From Actinomycetota bacterium (GTDB taxonomy: Bacteria > Actinomycetota > Actinomycetes > Nanopelagicales > Nanopelagicaceae): DNA of 64,000 bases. Of the stretch, positions 49,719 through 61,529 are shown piece by piece. Each line of letters begins with the position of its first letter. Position 1 is the stretch's first letter. The notes beneath the pieces are model-generated. The model was not told the DNA's origin. It saw only the letters and a program-made list of their open reading frames with translations, and did not search any database. The stretch spans positions 22,865 to 86,864 of the forward strand of contig JAPLBE010000013.1 in assembly GCA_026392935.1 (NCBI GenBank), given 5' to 3'. A program made the translations under genes and the position numbers.

Positions 49719-50585
49719 ATGACCCAAAAAGAGTTACTGGTACTCACCGGAATGTCTGGCGCTGGACGTTCGACGGTTGCGCATGCTCTCGAAGATCTGG
49801 GTTGGTATGTGGTTGATAACTTGCCTCCGGCGCTCCTTCCTCAATTAGCCAATCAGGCGATAGACACCCATGCATCTCTTGCAGTTGTCGTAGATGTTCG
49901 CGGTGGAAAATTCTTTGATGAACTCAATAGCGCTCTTGAATCGCTATCTCGCGAAAAAATACCTTACAGAATGCTCTTTCTAGATGCCACAGATCAAGCG
50001 CTGGTTCAACGATTTGAATCAACTCGCAGACCTCATCCTTTACAGGGACAAGATCGTATAGTCGATGGAATATCTCGTGAACGCGCAAAGCTAGAAGAAA
50101 TTCGCGCACAAGCAGATATTGTTATTGATTCTTCCAATCTCAATGTCCATCAACTTGAAAAGCGTACTGGAGAGATATTTGCGGCAGGAATGCAAGCTGC
50201 TATACGAATCAACGTACTATCTTTTGGATATAAATATGGAATACCGGTTGATGCAGATTTAGTCCTCGATTGCAGATTCATTCCAAATCCACACTGGATT
50301 CCAGAACTCCGACCACTGAATGGTCTCGATGCCCCTGTTTCTAAACAAGTTCTATCGAGTGAAGGCGTGGAAGGATTCATCACGAGTTATGTTGGAGTTG
50401 TACAGCAAATGATTCCAGGGTATTTCCAAGAAGGTAAGAAATATGTAACTATCGCAATTGGATGTACAGGAGGAAAGCATCGATCAGTCGCGGTTTCAGA
50501 AGAAATTGCAAAACAACTCTCATCTGTGACATCTAATTTTGAAATCTCGGCGCACGCGACACATCGCGATGTAGGACGTGAATGA
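49719..50585 (+). CDS. rapZ: RNase adapter / nucleotide-binding protein RapZ
   Basis: LTGMSGAGRS P-loop, C-terminal GCTGGKHRSV. Confidence 0.93.
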   Translation: MTQKELLVLTGMSGAGRSTVAHALEDLGWYVVDNLPPALLPQLANQAIDTHASLAVVVDVRGGKFFDELNSALESLSREKIPYRMLFLDATDQALVQRFESTRRPHPLQGQDRIVDGISRERAKLEEIRAQADIVIDSSNLNVHQLEKRTGEIFAAGMQAAIRINVLSFGYKYGIPVDADLVLDCRFIPNPHWIPELRPLNGLDAPVSKQVLSSEGVEGFITSYVGVVQQMIPGYFQEGKKYVTIAIGCTGGKHRSVAVSEEIAKQLSSVTSNFEISAHATHRDVGRE

Positions 50586-51526
50586 GTTCTAAAAAAGTAG
50601 TGGCTCTTGGCGGAGGCCATGGTTTGGCGGCAACGTTAACCGCTCTTCGTAAATTCACCTCAGATATAACTGCAATTGTCACAGTTGCTGACAATGGTGG
50701 ATCAAGTGGTCGCCTGCGTGAAGAATTTCCCATTATGCCACCAGGAGATTTGAGAATGGCGCTAGCTGCTTTATGTAGTGATGACGAATGGGGTCGTAGT
50801 TGGGCTCAGATCATGCAATATAGATTTACAAGTGATGGCCCACTTGATGGCCATGTAGTTGGAAATCTTTTGTTAGCTGCACTGTGGGATAAAGATGAAG
50901 ATGCGGTGGCCGGATTAGACCGTGTAGGGGCGCTCCTTAAAGTTGTCGGTCGTGTTTTACCTATGGCCGCAGAAGCGCTGGATATCGAAGCCACTTTCGA
51001 CGATACGCAAGGATCACATATTGTTCGCGGACAAGTTGAAGTAGCTACAGCTACGGGCAAATTGACATCGTTACGAATAATTCCAGAGAACCCAGATGCT
51101 CGTCCTGAATCACTGCAAGCAATTGCAGAAGCGGATTGGATAACGATGGGACCGGGGTCTTGGTTCTCCAGTGTGATCCCACATCTCCTTGTTCCTGCAC
51201 AGAGAGACGCAATTATTTCCTCTGCCGCAAAGAAAATACTCTTACTCAATCTTGATACGTCAGATGAATCTGCGGGGGAGTATGCAGGGTATTCACCCCT
51301 TGAACATCTCAGAATTCTTAATCAATATGCACCCAATCTTCACTTTGACCTCGTAGTTGTAGATTCGTCGTCAGTAGGTCTTGATCAATTGAAACTCCAT
51401 CTTTCAACCTTGGGTTCAGAGTTATTGGCAGCAGATTTACGCAGCTCCGAATCTCACATTCACCATGATGTAAATAAATTGGGTCATCTTTTTGCCCGCA
51501 TAGATGCGCAAATACTGGTTGGATAA
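50582..51526 (+). CDS. yvcK: YvcK/CuvA (CofD-like, gluconeogenesis factor family)
   Basis: ATGA overlap with rap[11 protein letters not shown] and [12 protein letters not shown] motifs. Confidence 0.92.
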   Translation: MSSKKVVALGGGHGLAATLTALRKFTSDITAIVTVADNGGSSGRLREEFPIMPPGDLRMALAALCSDDEWGRSWAQIMQYRFTSDGPLDGHVVGNLLLAALWDKDEDAVAGLDRVGALLKVVGRVLPMAAEALDIEATFDDTQGSHIVRGQVEVATATGKLTSLRIIPENPDARPESLQAIAEADWITMGPGSWFSSVIPHLLVPAQRDAIISSAAKKILLLNLDTSDESAGEYAGYSPLEHLRILNQYAPNLHFDLVVVDSSSVGLDQLKLHLSTLGSELLAADLRSSESHIHHDVNKLGHLFARIDAQILVG

Positions 51527-51530
51527 CCCC

Positions 51531-52511
51531 ATGGCAATGACAGCAGCAGTGAAAGACGAACTCAGTCGTCTCTCTGTAACCAAGCCGTGCTGCCGTAAAG
51601 CCGAGGTCTCATCACTCCTTAGATTCGCTGGTGGGCTACATATTGCGGCTGGAAAAGTTGTCATTGAGGTAGAGCTTGATACATCGCAGAGTGCTCGCCG
51701 ATTAAAGAAAGATATCGCGGATATTTATGGTCACGATAGTGATCTTGCAGTTCTCTCATCTAGCGGTTTACGTAAAGGTTCGCGTTATGTCGTGCGAGTC
51801 ATTGAAGCTGGCGATGCGCTAGCTCGTCAGACTGGGCTTATCGATGCCAATGGTCGACCTGTGAGAGGTTTACCGCCACAAGTTGTAGCTGCCAATGTGT
51901 GCGATGCAGAAGCAGCGTGGCGCGGAGCATTTATCGCCCATGGTTCGCTGACAGAGCCGGGCCGTTCTTCTTCACTTGAAATTACCTGCCCTGGCCCTGA
52001 AGCTGCGTTAGCTCTCGTGGGTGCGGCTCGTCGATTGAATATTGTTGCAAAAGCTCGCGAAGTTCGCGGTGTGGATCGCGTTGTCATTCGTGATGGTGAT
52101 GCAATTGGTGTACTACTCACTCGTCTTGGTGCCCACGAGAGTGTTCTTGCTTGGGAAGAGCGCAGAATGCGTCGAGAAGTTCGCGCAACTGCCAACCGCC
52201 TTGCAAACTTTGATGATGCAAATCTTCGACGTTCTGCGCGCGCAGCAGTTGCTGCAGCCGCGCGAGTCCAGCGAGCTATGGAGATTCTTGGACCAGAAAT
52301 TCCAGATCATTTAAAGGAAGCTGGCGAATTAAGAATTTCTCACGGGCAAGCTAGTTTGGAAGAACTTGGTTCTTTGGCGAGTCCACCTATGACTAAAGAT
52401 GCAATCGCAGGACGCATACGTAGGCTCTTAGCAATGGCAGATAAGCGAGCAGCAGAGTTAGGAATTCCCGATACCGAAGCGGGCCTTTCACCTGATTTGC
52501 TGGGTGAATAA
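51531..52511 (+). CDS. whiA: Sporulation/cell-division transcription factor WhiA
   Basis: [13 protein letters not shown]...KPCCRKAE start, a LAGLIDADG-like middle region and a C-terminal HTH. The ORF-track start at 51504 overlaps yvcK. Confidence 0.93.
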   Translation: MAMTAAVKDELSRLSVTKPCCRKAEVSSLLRFAGGLHIAAGKVVIEVELDTSQSARRLKKDIADIYGHDSDLAVLSSSGLRKGSRYVVRVIEAGDALARQTGLIDANGRPVRGLPPQVVAANVCDAEAAWRGAFIAHGSLTEPGRSSSLEITCPGPEAALALVGAARRLNIVAKAREVRGVDRVVIRDGDAIGVLLTRLGAHESVLAWEERRMRREVRATANRLANFDDANLRRSARAAVAAAARVQRAMEILGPEIPDHLKEAGELRISHGQASLEELGSLASPPMTKDAIAGRIRRLLAMADKRAAELGIPDTEAGLSPDLLGE

Positions 52512-52656
52512 CAGGTAAAGAGTGAGTCCGCGCACGCGGGTGACCGGTCAGTAGCGTCTTCTCGGCTGATAGACTTCGCACCAAGCCCCCAACGTTGTGG
52601 TGTAAATGTAAGCCACCTTTATCTGGGGCAATTCAAAATATAAATGAGGTTTTTAG

Positions 52657-53654
<998 letters not shown>

Positions 53655-53655
<1 letters not shown>

Positions 53656-54842
53656 TGTCTTCTCTGGCTGACCTAGATGTAGCGGGTAAGCGAGTCTTTC
53701 TTCGCTGTGATCTTAATGTTCCTTTGAAAGAAGGAAAGATCACAGATGATGGGCGTATTCGTGCATCACTTCCGACAATTAATGCGCTGCTCTCTCGTGG
53801 GGCTAGCATTGTTATTGCCGCGCATTTGGGTCGTCCTAAAGGAGAACCGAAACCTGAACTATCACTTGCTCCAGTGGCAGTTCGCTTAGCTGAACTTCTT
53901 GGCAAACCTGTGCAATTTGCAGGTGCGATTACAGGCGCTGTTGTCACAGAGAAAGCCGAAGCGCTCTCCTCTGGTGAAATCCTGTTACTTGAAAATATTA
54001 GATATTCAGCGGCAGAGACTTCAAAAGACGAATCAGAGCGATCAGCGTTGGCTTTGGAGCTCGCAAAACTTGCCGACGTCTACGTGGGCGATGGATTCGG
54101 TGCCGTTCACCGCAAGCATGCATCGGTCTTTGATCTTCCTAAGTTACTTCCACACGCACCTGGAACCCTTGTTGCTGCAGAAGTTGAAGTTCTGAAGAAA
54201 CTCACCGTTGACCCAGTACGACCTTATGGAGTTGTACTTGGTGGCTCAAAAGTCTCAGACAAAATTGGTGTCATCTCAAACCTTCTTGGAAAAGTAGACG
54301 TGATGGCTATCGGCGGGGGAATGCTATTTACATTTCTGGCCGCCCAAGGAAAAGAGATTGGCACATCACTTGTAGAACTCGATCTTATCGATACGGTAAA
54401 GAAGCTCATCAAACAGGCCGAAGATTCTGGAGTGAAGTTGCTACTTCCGACCGACATAGTTGTAGCTCCAAAATTTTCAGCAGATGCAACACCAACTCTG
54501 GTGAGCGCCGATGCTATTCCCGCAGATCAAATGGGCTTAGATATTGGTCCGGAGAGCGCGGCAGCTTTTGCAAAAGCAATCACAGGCTGTAAAACCGTAT
54601 TTTGGAATGGACCGATGGGCGTATTCGAATTTCCTAACTTTGCCCATGGCACCAAGGTAATTGCCCAGGCGCTTACAGAAGTTTCTGGAATATCGGTTGT
54701 TGGTGGGGGAGATTCGGCAGCGTCTGTTCGCGCCCTTGGCTTTGCAGATTCACAGTTCGGTTACATTTCTACAGGTGGCGGAGCATCCCTTGAATATCTC
54801 GAGGGTAAAGAGCTTCCTGGTTTGAAAGCACTTGGAATTTAA
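53655..54842 (+). CDS. pgk: Phosphoglycerate kinase
   Basis: TAATG overlap with gap. RCDLNVP and typical PGK motifs. Confidence 0.97.
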
Positions 54843-54872
54843 TGTTTAACACAACTACACGAGGAGCTCGTA

Positions 54873-55646
54873 ATGCGTAAACCGTTAATGGCAGGCAATT
54901 GGAAGATGAACCTCAATCATCTTGAGGCAATTGCAGTGGCTCAGAAACTCGTGTACTCACTTGATGATAAAGATTATGACGCGGTTGATGTTGCCATCAT
55001 TCCGCCATTTACAGATATTCGCTCGATTCAAACGATGGTAGATGGTGATCGTCTTCGTCTTCAATATGGCGCACAAGATATTTCACCTGAAGCATCAGGT
55101 GCCTTTACTGGCGATATCTCAGGGTCTATGCTCGCAAAATTGGGATGCACCTATGTTGTAATCGGTCACTCTGAACGTCGCGCTATTCATCACGAAGATG
55201 ACGCGTTGGTTAATCGCAAGATAAAAGCTGCACTTACCAATGAGCTGATCCCAATTTTCTGCGTAGGCGAAGAGCTCGCGATTCGTGAATCAGGAACTCA
55301 CGTTTCTCATGTCATTCGACAAGTTCGCGCCGGACTCGAGGGATTCCATAAACCAGAGCTTAAGAAAATTGTTATCGCTTACGAGCCAGTCTGGGCTATT
55401 GGTACTGGAAAAACTGCAACTCCTGAAGATGCGCAAGAAGTCTGTGCTGCAATTCGTGAAGAAGTTGAACAGATTGGGTCTGCCGAAATCGCTGCCAATA
55501 TGAGAATTCTTTACGGTGGTTCGGTAAAGTCTGCAAATATTGCTGAAATCATGAAGCAAAACGATGTCGATGGCGCCCTTATTGGGGGAGCAAGCCTTGA
55601 CCCGGAAGAGCTCGCAAAGATTGCCAAGTTCCACGCTCAGGCGTAA
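54873..55646 (+). CDS. tpiA: Triosephosphate isomerase
   Basis: AGNWKMN, GHSERR and [19 protein letters not shown]. Confidence 0.97.
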   Translation: MRKPLMAGNWKMNLNHLEAIAVAQKLVYSLDDKDYDAVDVAIIPPFTDIRSIQTMVDGDRLRLQYGAQDISPEASGAFTGDISGSMLAKLGCTYVVIGHSERRAIHHEDDALVNRKIKAALTNELIPIFCVGEELAIRESGTHVSHVIRQVRAGLEGFHKPELKKIVIAYEPVWAIGTGKTATPEDAQEVCAAIREEVEQIGSAEIAANMRILYGGSVKSANIAEIMKQNDVDGALIGGASLDPEELAKIAKFHAQA

Positions 55647-55705
55647 TTCAAGGGATTCGAACTGATTCGGGTATCCTTTACCCCTACCTCTTAAGGAGTT
55701 TTACC

Positions 55706-55936
55706 GTGGCTTTAGCGCTTTCAATATTTCTTATGATCACAAGTGTCGTGATGATTCTTCTTGTCTTACTTCACAAAGGAAAAGGTTCTGGGCTTTCAGA
55801 CCTATTCGGTGGTGGAATCTCTTCAAATTACGGTGGCTCTTCAGTAGTCGAGAAGAATCTAGATCGCATCACAATCGTTGTTGGCGGACTCTGGTTCGCT
55901 GGCGTCGTCGCACTCTCTCTAGTCTTGAAGGGTTAA
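55706..55936 (+). CDS. secG: Preprotein translocase subunit SecG
   Basis: 76-aa two-TM ORF with a GTG start, AAGGAG SD and LLHKGKGSGLSDLFGG. Confidence 0.9.
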   Translation: MALALSIFLMITSVVMILLVLLHKGKGSGLSDLFGGGISSNYGGSSVVEKNLDRITIVVGGLWFAGVVALSLVLKG

Positions 55937-55939
55937 ACC

Positions 55940-56281
55940 ATGGCAAGTGCAATTCGCGGAAGTCGAGTCGGCGCAGGTCCTATGGGCGAAGCCGAGCGTG
56001 GCGATCAGATTGAACGCGCAACAGTTTCATATTGGTGTGCAAATGGACACGAAGTACGACCATCGTTTGCAGTGGAAGAAACAGTAGTAATTCCAGCTGA
56101 GTGGGACTGCCCTAAGTGCGGATTACCTGCAGGCCGCGATAAGAGCAATCCACCTAGCGCAGTTGTTAACATTCCTTACAAGACTCACCTGGCATATGTA
56201 AAGGAACGTCGTACAGATAAAGAAGGCGAAAAGATTCTCGAGGATGCACTTCGCAAATTGCGCGGAGATGATATCGAATAG
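55940..56281 (+). CDS. rbpA: RNA polymerase-binding protein RbpA
   Basis: 113 aa. IRGSRVGAGP N-terminus, a Cys/His cluster (C..H...CPKC) and a basic linker plus sigma-interaction helix (YKTHLAYVKERRT...LEDALRKLR). Confidence 0.85.
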   Translation: MASAIRGSRVGAGPMGEAERGDQIERATVSYWCANGHEVRPSFAVEETVVIPAEWDCPKCGLPAGRDKSNPPSAVVNIPYKTHLAYVKERRTDKEGEKILEDALRKLRGDDIE

Positions 56282-56284
56282 TAT

Positions 56285-57820
56285 TTATAAGGTTCTGGCT
56301 GCATTCAACAGCTGGTCAATACCCGCTCTTCTATTCTGCAAATGCAGTCGAAGCAGCGGGTATTTTCTTGTGGCTAGCGCTCGATTATCACCAATAGCCT
56401 GGGCAAATAGAAGTGTTCTAAGGGAGAAATCACGTCCAGAAATTTCGTAGTCTAAATTTGTCTCACCTGTTATCTGCAAGAACGAACCATTTTTTTGTCC
56501 ACCTTTATGGAATTGACCCGTTGAATGCAAGAAGCGTGGCCCCCAACCAAAAGATGTTGGCCTGCCAGATTTTTCTGAAAGGATTGATCGAAGTTCGGCC
56601 ACTTGTACATCATCTTGTCGATCAAGATACGCCATGATGGCTATGTAACCGCCGTCCTTCACATCTTCAATAAATGTTGCAAGTGAATCCTTAAGTGATT
56701 GACCATCACCGTAGATTTCTACTCCTACATCAACGCACTGAGGTGAAAACAATGGAATCTGATTGCCCCATTCACGTAAACACAATGCGGTTTGCTCTTT
56801 AGCTTCGGTGACATTGGGCTGATTAAACGGATCAATTTTTAATCCATACCCTAAAAGCGCAGTTAACCATTCCCAATAAATGAAGTGGCCACCAAGTGTT
56901 CCTTCGACAACAACATCAGCACCTATTCCCGCGAATGCAACAGTGAGAGACCCGCCAACGCCTGCATTCGCTAAATTTTCAGTTGCAATCGGTAAACGCC
57001 CAACGGATTCTTTTCCCGTGGATTCCGCTATGAGTTGCTCGATCCAATCTGAAAGCCCAGGAACATCGGCACCAGCATCAGTAAAGGCGATGTACTGATC
57101 GCATTGGGTCAAAAAAATGTATGCGGCGTCAAGAACGTCGGTTGGGTCTTCGAGCATGAGGTTCAATTGCTGTTGCGCGTTCTTAAGCAGGGTTTCAATA
57201 TCCACGCCAGCAAGAGCCGATGGAACCAATCCAAAGGCACTTAACACGCTAAAACGCCCACCTACATTTGGATCTGCATTAATTACATGAAAACCTTTCG
57301 CCCGAACTTCGTCATCTAGCGCAGACCCTGGATCGGTGACAAAGAGCATGTGATCGACAGGATTTAGTCCGCTATCAACAAACTGGCTTTCAAACAGCGC
57401 ACGTTGCGCAGATGTTTCAATGGTTGAACCAGATTTGGAACTTACGACTACCAGAGTGTTTCTTAAATCCGAGCCAATCGCATGCTTGGCATATTCTGGG
57501 TCGGTCGAATCGAATATGAATAAATCTTTCTTGTAACTCTGTGCAATAACTTCCGGTCCAAGCGAGGATCCACCCATTCCGCACAGAACCACCCTCGTTT
57601 TCGTTTCAAATTTCTTGATAATTTTTGTAATCTCAGGCAGGAGCGAAACGGAACTATTAGGAAGATCAATCCAGTTAAGTCGCACCGCTGCCTCGGCCGA
57701 CGCTTTGCTACCCCACGTGTTGGGGTCTTTCTGTGAAATTCTGTGATGAGCCTGTTCCAATTTCTTGTAAAAATCTGATTCACGATCAACTGCAGAAAGA
57801 AGGGGGCCAGATACTTTCAT
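56285..57820 (-). CDS. pgi: Glucose-6-phosphate isomerase
   Basis: 511-aa ORF. SIS/PGI motifs VLCGMGGSSLGPEV and VVSSKSGSTIET. Its start overlaps the tkt stop (TAATG). Confidence 0.88.
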   Translation of the reverse strand: MKVSGPLLSAVDRESDFYKKLEQAHHRISQKDPNTWGSKASAEAAVRLNWIDLPNSSVSLLPEITKIIKKFETKTRVVLCGMGGSSLGPEVIAQSYKKDLFIFDSTDPEYAKHAIGSDLRNTLVVVSSKSGSTIETSAQRALFESQFVDSGLNPVDHMLFVTDPGSALDDEVRAKGFHVINADPNVGGRFSVLSAFGLVPSALAGVDIETLLKNAQQQLNLMLEDPTDVLDAAYIFLTQCDQYIAFTDAGADVPGLSDWIEQLIAESTGKESVGRLPIATENLANAGVGGSLTVAFAGIGADVVVEGTLGGHFIYWEWLTALLGYGLKIDPFNQPNVTEAKEQTALCLREWGNQIPLFSPQCVDVGVEIYGDGQSLKDSLATFIEDVKDGGYIAIMAYLDRQDDVQVAELRSILSEKSGRPTSFGWGPRFLHSTGQFHKGGQKNGSFLQITGETNLDYEISGRDFSLRTLLFAQAIGDNRALATRKYPLLRLHLQNRRAGIDQLLNAARTL

Positions 57821-59883
57821 TAAGCAAGAGCTTTCGAAATATCTCCTACAACTCTTTCGACTGTGAAACCAAATTCTGTGAATAGTTTTGGTCCAGCAGC
57901 CGAAGCGCCATAGTGATCCAGAGAGATAATCACTCCGTTATCTCCAACGTACTCGCGCCAACCAAGTGATATTCCCGCTTCAATGCTGACTCGCAATGCA
58001 GATTTTGGGAGCACCGATTCGCGGTACGAATCTGGTTCTTCATTAAACCATTCGAGGCACGGAGCACTTACTACTCGAGTAGATATACCTTGAGCTTCCA
58101 GGGCAATCTGCGCATCGAGTGCAAGTGGAACTTCAGATCCAGTGGCGATGATGACAACACGAGGTGCTGCGGAAGCTTCCTTGAGAATGTAAGCGCCCTT
58201 ATTGACTCCAGAAACATCACCATGTGAAGTGCGGTCTACAACTCGCAAGTTCTGACGAGATAACAAGAAACCCACTGCCTTGTTTCGTTTGAGAACACAC
58301 TTCCACGCTTCAGCAACTTCGTTTGCATCAGCGGGGCGAAGTACAGCGAAGTTAGGAATTGCACGAAGAGCAGCGAAATGTTCAATTGGTTGGTGAGTTG
58401 GACCATCTTCTCCAACACCAATCGAGTCATGAGTCCAGATAAATGTGGATGGAATATCCATGAGTGCCGCAAGACGAACCGATGGGCGCATGTAATCACT
58501 GAAGACTGCAAAAGTTCCACCGAATGAGCGGGAGAGTCCATGTAAGGCTATGCCGTTAACAATCGATCCCATTGCGTGTTCACGTATTCCAAAATGAATA
58601 ATCCGGCCATAAGGATCAGCGTTCTTCATCTGACTCGATGTGGGTAAGAATGAATTGCCTTCTTCAATTGTTGTCATGTTTGAGTCTGCTAGGTCAGAAG
58701 AACCCCCCCAAAACTCGGGGAGTACTTTTGCAATGGCGTTTATGACTAACCCCGATGCAGATCGTGTTGCAATATCTTTTCCTGGTTCAAATACCGGAAG
58801 CGACTTCTCCCAATTTTCAGGAAGTCCACGCTTGGCCAATCGCGACAGCAGAGTCGCTTTACTTGGATTTGCTGTCTTCCATAGCTCAAATGATTCATTC
58901 CACTTGGCACGTCCTTGTGCGCCACGTTCCTTCACTAGGCGTACATGTGCTAAAACATCATCAGGCATTGCAAATTTCTCGTCAGGGTTAAGTCCCAACT
59001 CAATTTTTGTCGCTGCGATTTCTTCATCACCAAGTGCAGAACCATGAGATTTTGCTGTTCCACGAAGTTTTGGTGCTGGCCACGCTATGACAGAGTGAAG
59101 ACGAATAAGCGAAGGTTTTCTCGTCTGCGCCTTGGCAGCAGTCATTGCCGAATCCAGAGCACCTAAATCAATGTTGCCGTCAGCCAGTGCCGGTACATCC
59201 TGCACATGCCATCCGAAGGCACGGTATCGCGCTGCTACATCTTCGGTGAATGAAACGTGAGTATCGCCTTCAATTGAAATTCTGTTGTCATCATAAATAA
59301 TGTTGAGATTGCCCAACTCTTGGGTTCCAGCGAGTGAAGATGCTTCACCTGATACTCCTTCTTGAAGATCTCCATCAGAACAAATCACCCAGATGGAATG
59401 ATCAAAAGGCGATGTTCCCTCTGCGGCATCTGGATCAAGTAATCCGCGCTCATATCTAGCAGCCATCGCAAAACCTACTGACGTTGCAACACCCGCACCC
59501 AGTGGACCAGTTGTCATTTCAACTCCGGCTGTGTGACCGAATTCTGGATGACCCGGAGTGAGTGAACCCAATGTGCGAAATGCTTGGAGATCTTTCATCT
59601 CAAGCCCGTACCCACTGTAAAAAAGCTGAGTGTATAAAGTCATAGAAGAGTGACCGCAAGAGAGAATGAATCTGTCACGACCTATCCACTGTGGATCTGC
59701 AGGATCATGAATTAGATGTCGCTGAAAAAGATTGTAAGCAACCGGTGCCAGCGCCATTGCTGTTCCCGGATGCCCATTGCCAGCTTTCTGAACTGCATCC
59801 ATGGCAAGCGCGCGAGCGTAGGCAACGGCTTGATCATCAAGGGCGGTCCATCCGGTGATCTTTACCTGGGTGTTCTTTGACAT
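57820..59883 (-). CDS. tkt: Transketolase
   Basis: 687-aa ORF. ThDP motifs (GHPG..., GDGDLQEG, HDSIGVGEDGPTHQP). AAGGAGAG SD. Confidence 0.97.
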   Translation of the reverse strand: MSKNTQVKITGWTALDDQAVAYARALAMDAVQKAGNGHPGTAMALAPVAYNLFQRHLIHDPADPQWIGRDRFILSCGHSSMTLYTQLFYSGYGLEMKDLQAFRTLGSLTPGHPEFGHTAGVEMTTGPLGAGVATSVGFAMAARYERGLLDPDAAEGTSPFDHSIWVICSDGDLQEGVSGEASSLAGTQELGNLNIIYDDNRISIEGDTHVSFTEDVAARYRAFGWHVQDVPALADGNIDLGALDSAMTAAKAQTRKPSLIRLHSVIAWPAPKLRGTAKSHGSALGDEEIAATKIELGLNPDEKFAMPDDVLAHVRLVKERGAQGRAKWNESFELWKTANPSKATLLSRLAKRGLPENWEKSLPVFEPGKDIATRSASGLVINAIAKVLPEFWGGSSDLADSNMTTIEEGNSFLPTSSQMKNADPYGRIIHFGIREHAMGSIVNGIALHGLSRSFGGTFAVFSDYMRPSVRLAALMDIPSTFIWTHDSIGVGEDGPTHQPIEHFAALRAIPNFAVLRPADANEVAEAWKCVLKRNKAVGFLLSRQNLRVVDRTSHGDVSGVNKGAYILKEASAAPRVVIIATGSEVPLALDAQIALEAQGISTRVVSAPCLEWFNEEPDSYRESVLPKSALRVSIEAGISLGWREYVGDNGVIISLDHYGASAAGPKLFTEFGFTVERVVGDISKALA

Positions 59884-59892
59884 TCTCTCTCC

Positions 59893-60807
59893 TTATGCGG
59901 GTTTGCGTATAACAGAAAGTCGGATTCGCCACGCTGCTATCCATACTAAAACTGATCCTAAAAGATGGAATCCTACTAATAACTCAGGAACTCCTAGAAA
60001 ATACTGAATATAACCAATTGCACCTTGCACAAGTGTTAGGAAAAAGAAGATATGCAACCAGCGCTTAGTCTCAAATTTCAAATCAGGTGAGCGGTAAAAG
60101 AAAATTGATATAAGCACTAGTAGCCAAACAGATCCACTGTGGAAACGGGTAATCGTTGTTATCGCGAAGTCAAGACGAGGGGAGTCAACATCTCCGGCAT
60201 GAGGCCCGGTGCCAGTGACTAAAGTTCCAATCGCAATTGCTACGAAAGTTGCAATTACATGCAGAAAAGAAACTCGAGATATTCGAACCTGTGTCGATGA
60301 TGTTCGCATATGTGGGTGATGTCTTCGTGAATGCAGCGAAGTCGCTGCACCAATAAGGATGGTTGAGAGCAAGAAGTGAGATGCCACCGAAAGTGGATTG
60401 AGGTCAGTCAATACCGTAATTCCTCCGAGAACTCCTTGACCAAGAATTCCCAAAATTTGAGTTGCAGCTAAAAAGCGCAGGTCTCGTCTGGAAGAACGCA
60501 ACACTGCGATTAGTGTTGCAACTGCGGCGAAGAAAAGCGCGAAAGTAAGTAATCGATTACCAAACTCAATCCAAGCATGCAGTGCGCCCTCGGCTTGGCC
60601 CTCTACTGGAAGATAAGAACCGGGGGTGCATTCAGGCCATGTAGGGCAGCCAAGTCCGGATCCCGTAAGGCGAACCGCTCCACCGGTGATAACCAGTGCA
60701 CTCTGGAGAAAAAGTAGAAGCCCGGTCAGGACTGGCAATACTCGCCTCGAGAGAAGTCCGGTGTTGCTCACGCGCCTTAGCCTATGACCTACGCGCGTGT
60801 AAGACAC
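59893..60807 (-). CDS. ctaA: Heme A synthase (COX15/CtaA family)
   Basis: Polytopic 304-aa ORF with a CPTWPEC cysteine pair and conserved His in the TM helices. GTG 60807 has GAGG upstream. GTG 60771 is the alternative start. Confidence 0.85.
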   Translation of the reverse strand: MSYTRVGHRLRRVSNTGLLSRRVLPVLTGLLLFLQSALVITGGAVRLTGSGLGCPTWPECTPGSYLPVEGQAEGALHAWIEFGNRLLTFALFFAAVATLIAVLRSSRRDLRFLAATQILGILGQGVLGGITVLTDLNPLSVASHFLLSTILIGAATSLHSRRHHPHMRTSSTQVRISRVSFLHVIATFVAIAIGTLVTGTGPHAGDVDSPRLDFAITTITRFHSGSVWLLVLISIFFYRSPDLKFETKRWLHIFFFLTLVQGAIGYIQYFLGVPELLVGFHLLGSVLVWIAAWRIRLSVIRKPA

Positions 60808-60854
60808 TTATGCCTCGGCTGGCGGGGCGCAGGGAATTACGTCACAATACTGTT

Positions 60855-61529
60855 GTGAAAATCGATGACCTGAGCACCAGAGAAGCAGTGGGTCGCTCGG
60901 TCCTCGAAAATGGTCCATCGACTGCTGTTGTACTAGGGGAAAGACTAGGTCTCACACCTGCGGGTATTAGGCGACACCTAGATCTTCTCGTAGCAGATGG
61001 AATCCTCGAAGCTCGTGAACCTCACGTAGCGCTTACTCGCGGACGCGGTCGTCCTTCAAAAGTTTTTGTCATGACCGATAGTGGCCGTGAGCAATTTGAA
61101 CATTCTTATGATGACCTAGCTGTGGCTGCACTGAAGTTTATGTCTGCACAATCTGGTGAGCACCTAGTCAAGGCTTTTGCAGATAGTCGCGCAGAAGACA
61201 TCAAACGTAAAGCAGAAATGTCATTGGCTAAGAAATCTCATAAATCTGATGCGCTTGCAGCCTTTCTTACTGAACAAGGTTATGCCGCAAGTATTGAAGT
61301 TCACGCAAATGGTGAGCAACTCTGCCAACATCACTGTCCAATTGCTCACGTCGCTGCTGAATTTCCACAACTTTGTGAAGCAGAGACAGAAGCTTTCTCT
61401 CAAATCCTTGGAACTCACGTTCAAAGACTTGCCACTATCGCTCATGGCGATGGTGTGTGCACGACCTATATCCCAACAAATCCTGCAACAAAAAAAGTAA
61501 GAACAACCGCTGGAAAGGCGCTCTCATGA
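60855..61529 (+). CDS. sufR: ArsR-type HTH regulator of the suf operon (SufR)
   Basis: Winged HTH ([25 protein letters not shown]) and a C-terminal Cys cluster ([11 protein letters not shown]...LCEAE). Directly upstream of sufB. Start is uncertain: GTG 60855 (CACAAT 6 nt upstream) or ATG 60810. ORF-track 60696 overlaps ctaA. Confidence 0.8.
   Translation: MKIDDLSTREAVGRSVLENGPSTAVVLGERLGLTPAGIRRHLDLLVADGILEAREPHVALTRGRGRPSKVFVMTDSGREQFEHSYDDLAVAALKFMSAQSGEHLVKAFADSRAEDIKRKAEMSLAKKSHKSDALAAFLTEQGYAASIEVHANGEQLCQHHCPIAHVAAEFPQLCEAETEAFSQILGTHVQRLATIAHGDGVCTTYIPTNPATKKVRTTAGKALS

Noticed and set aside
50806-51249. 147-aa minus-strand ORF, along with similar antisense ORFs at 32624..33079, 11746..12237 and 53549..53947
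   Set aside because: All lie fully antisense to confidently assigned genes (yvcK, pdtaR and the liv binding protein, dnaE/hisD, gap/pgk). They show shadow-frame composition.
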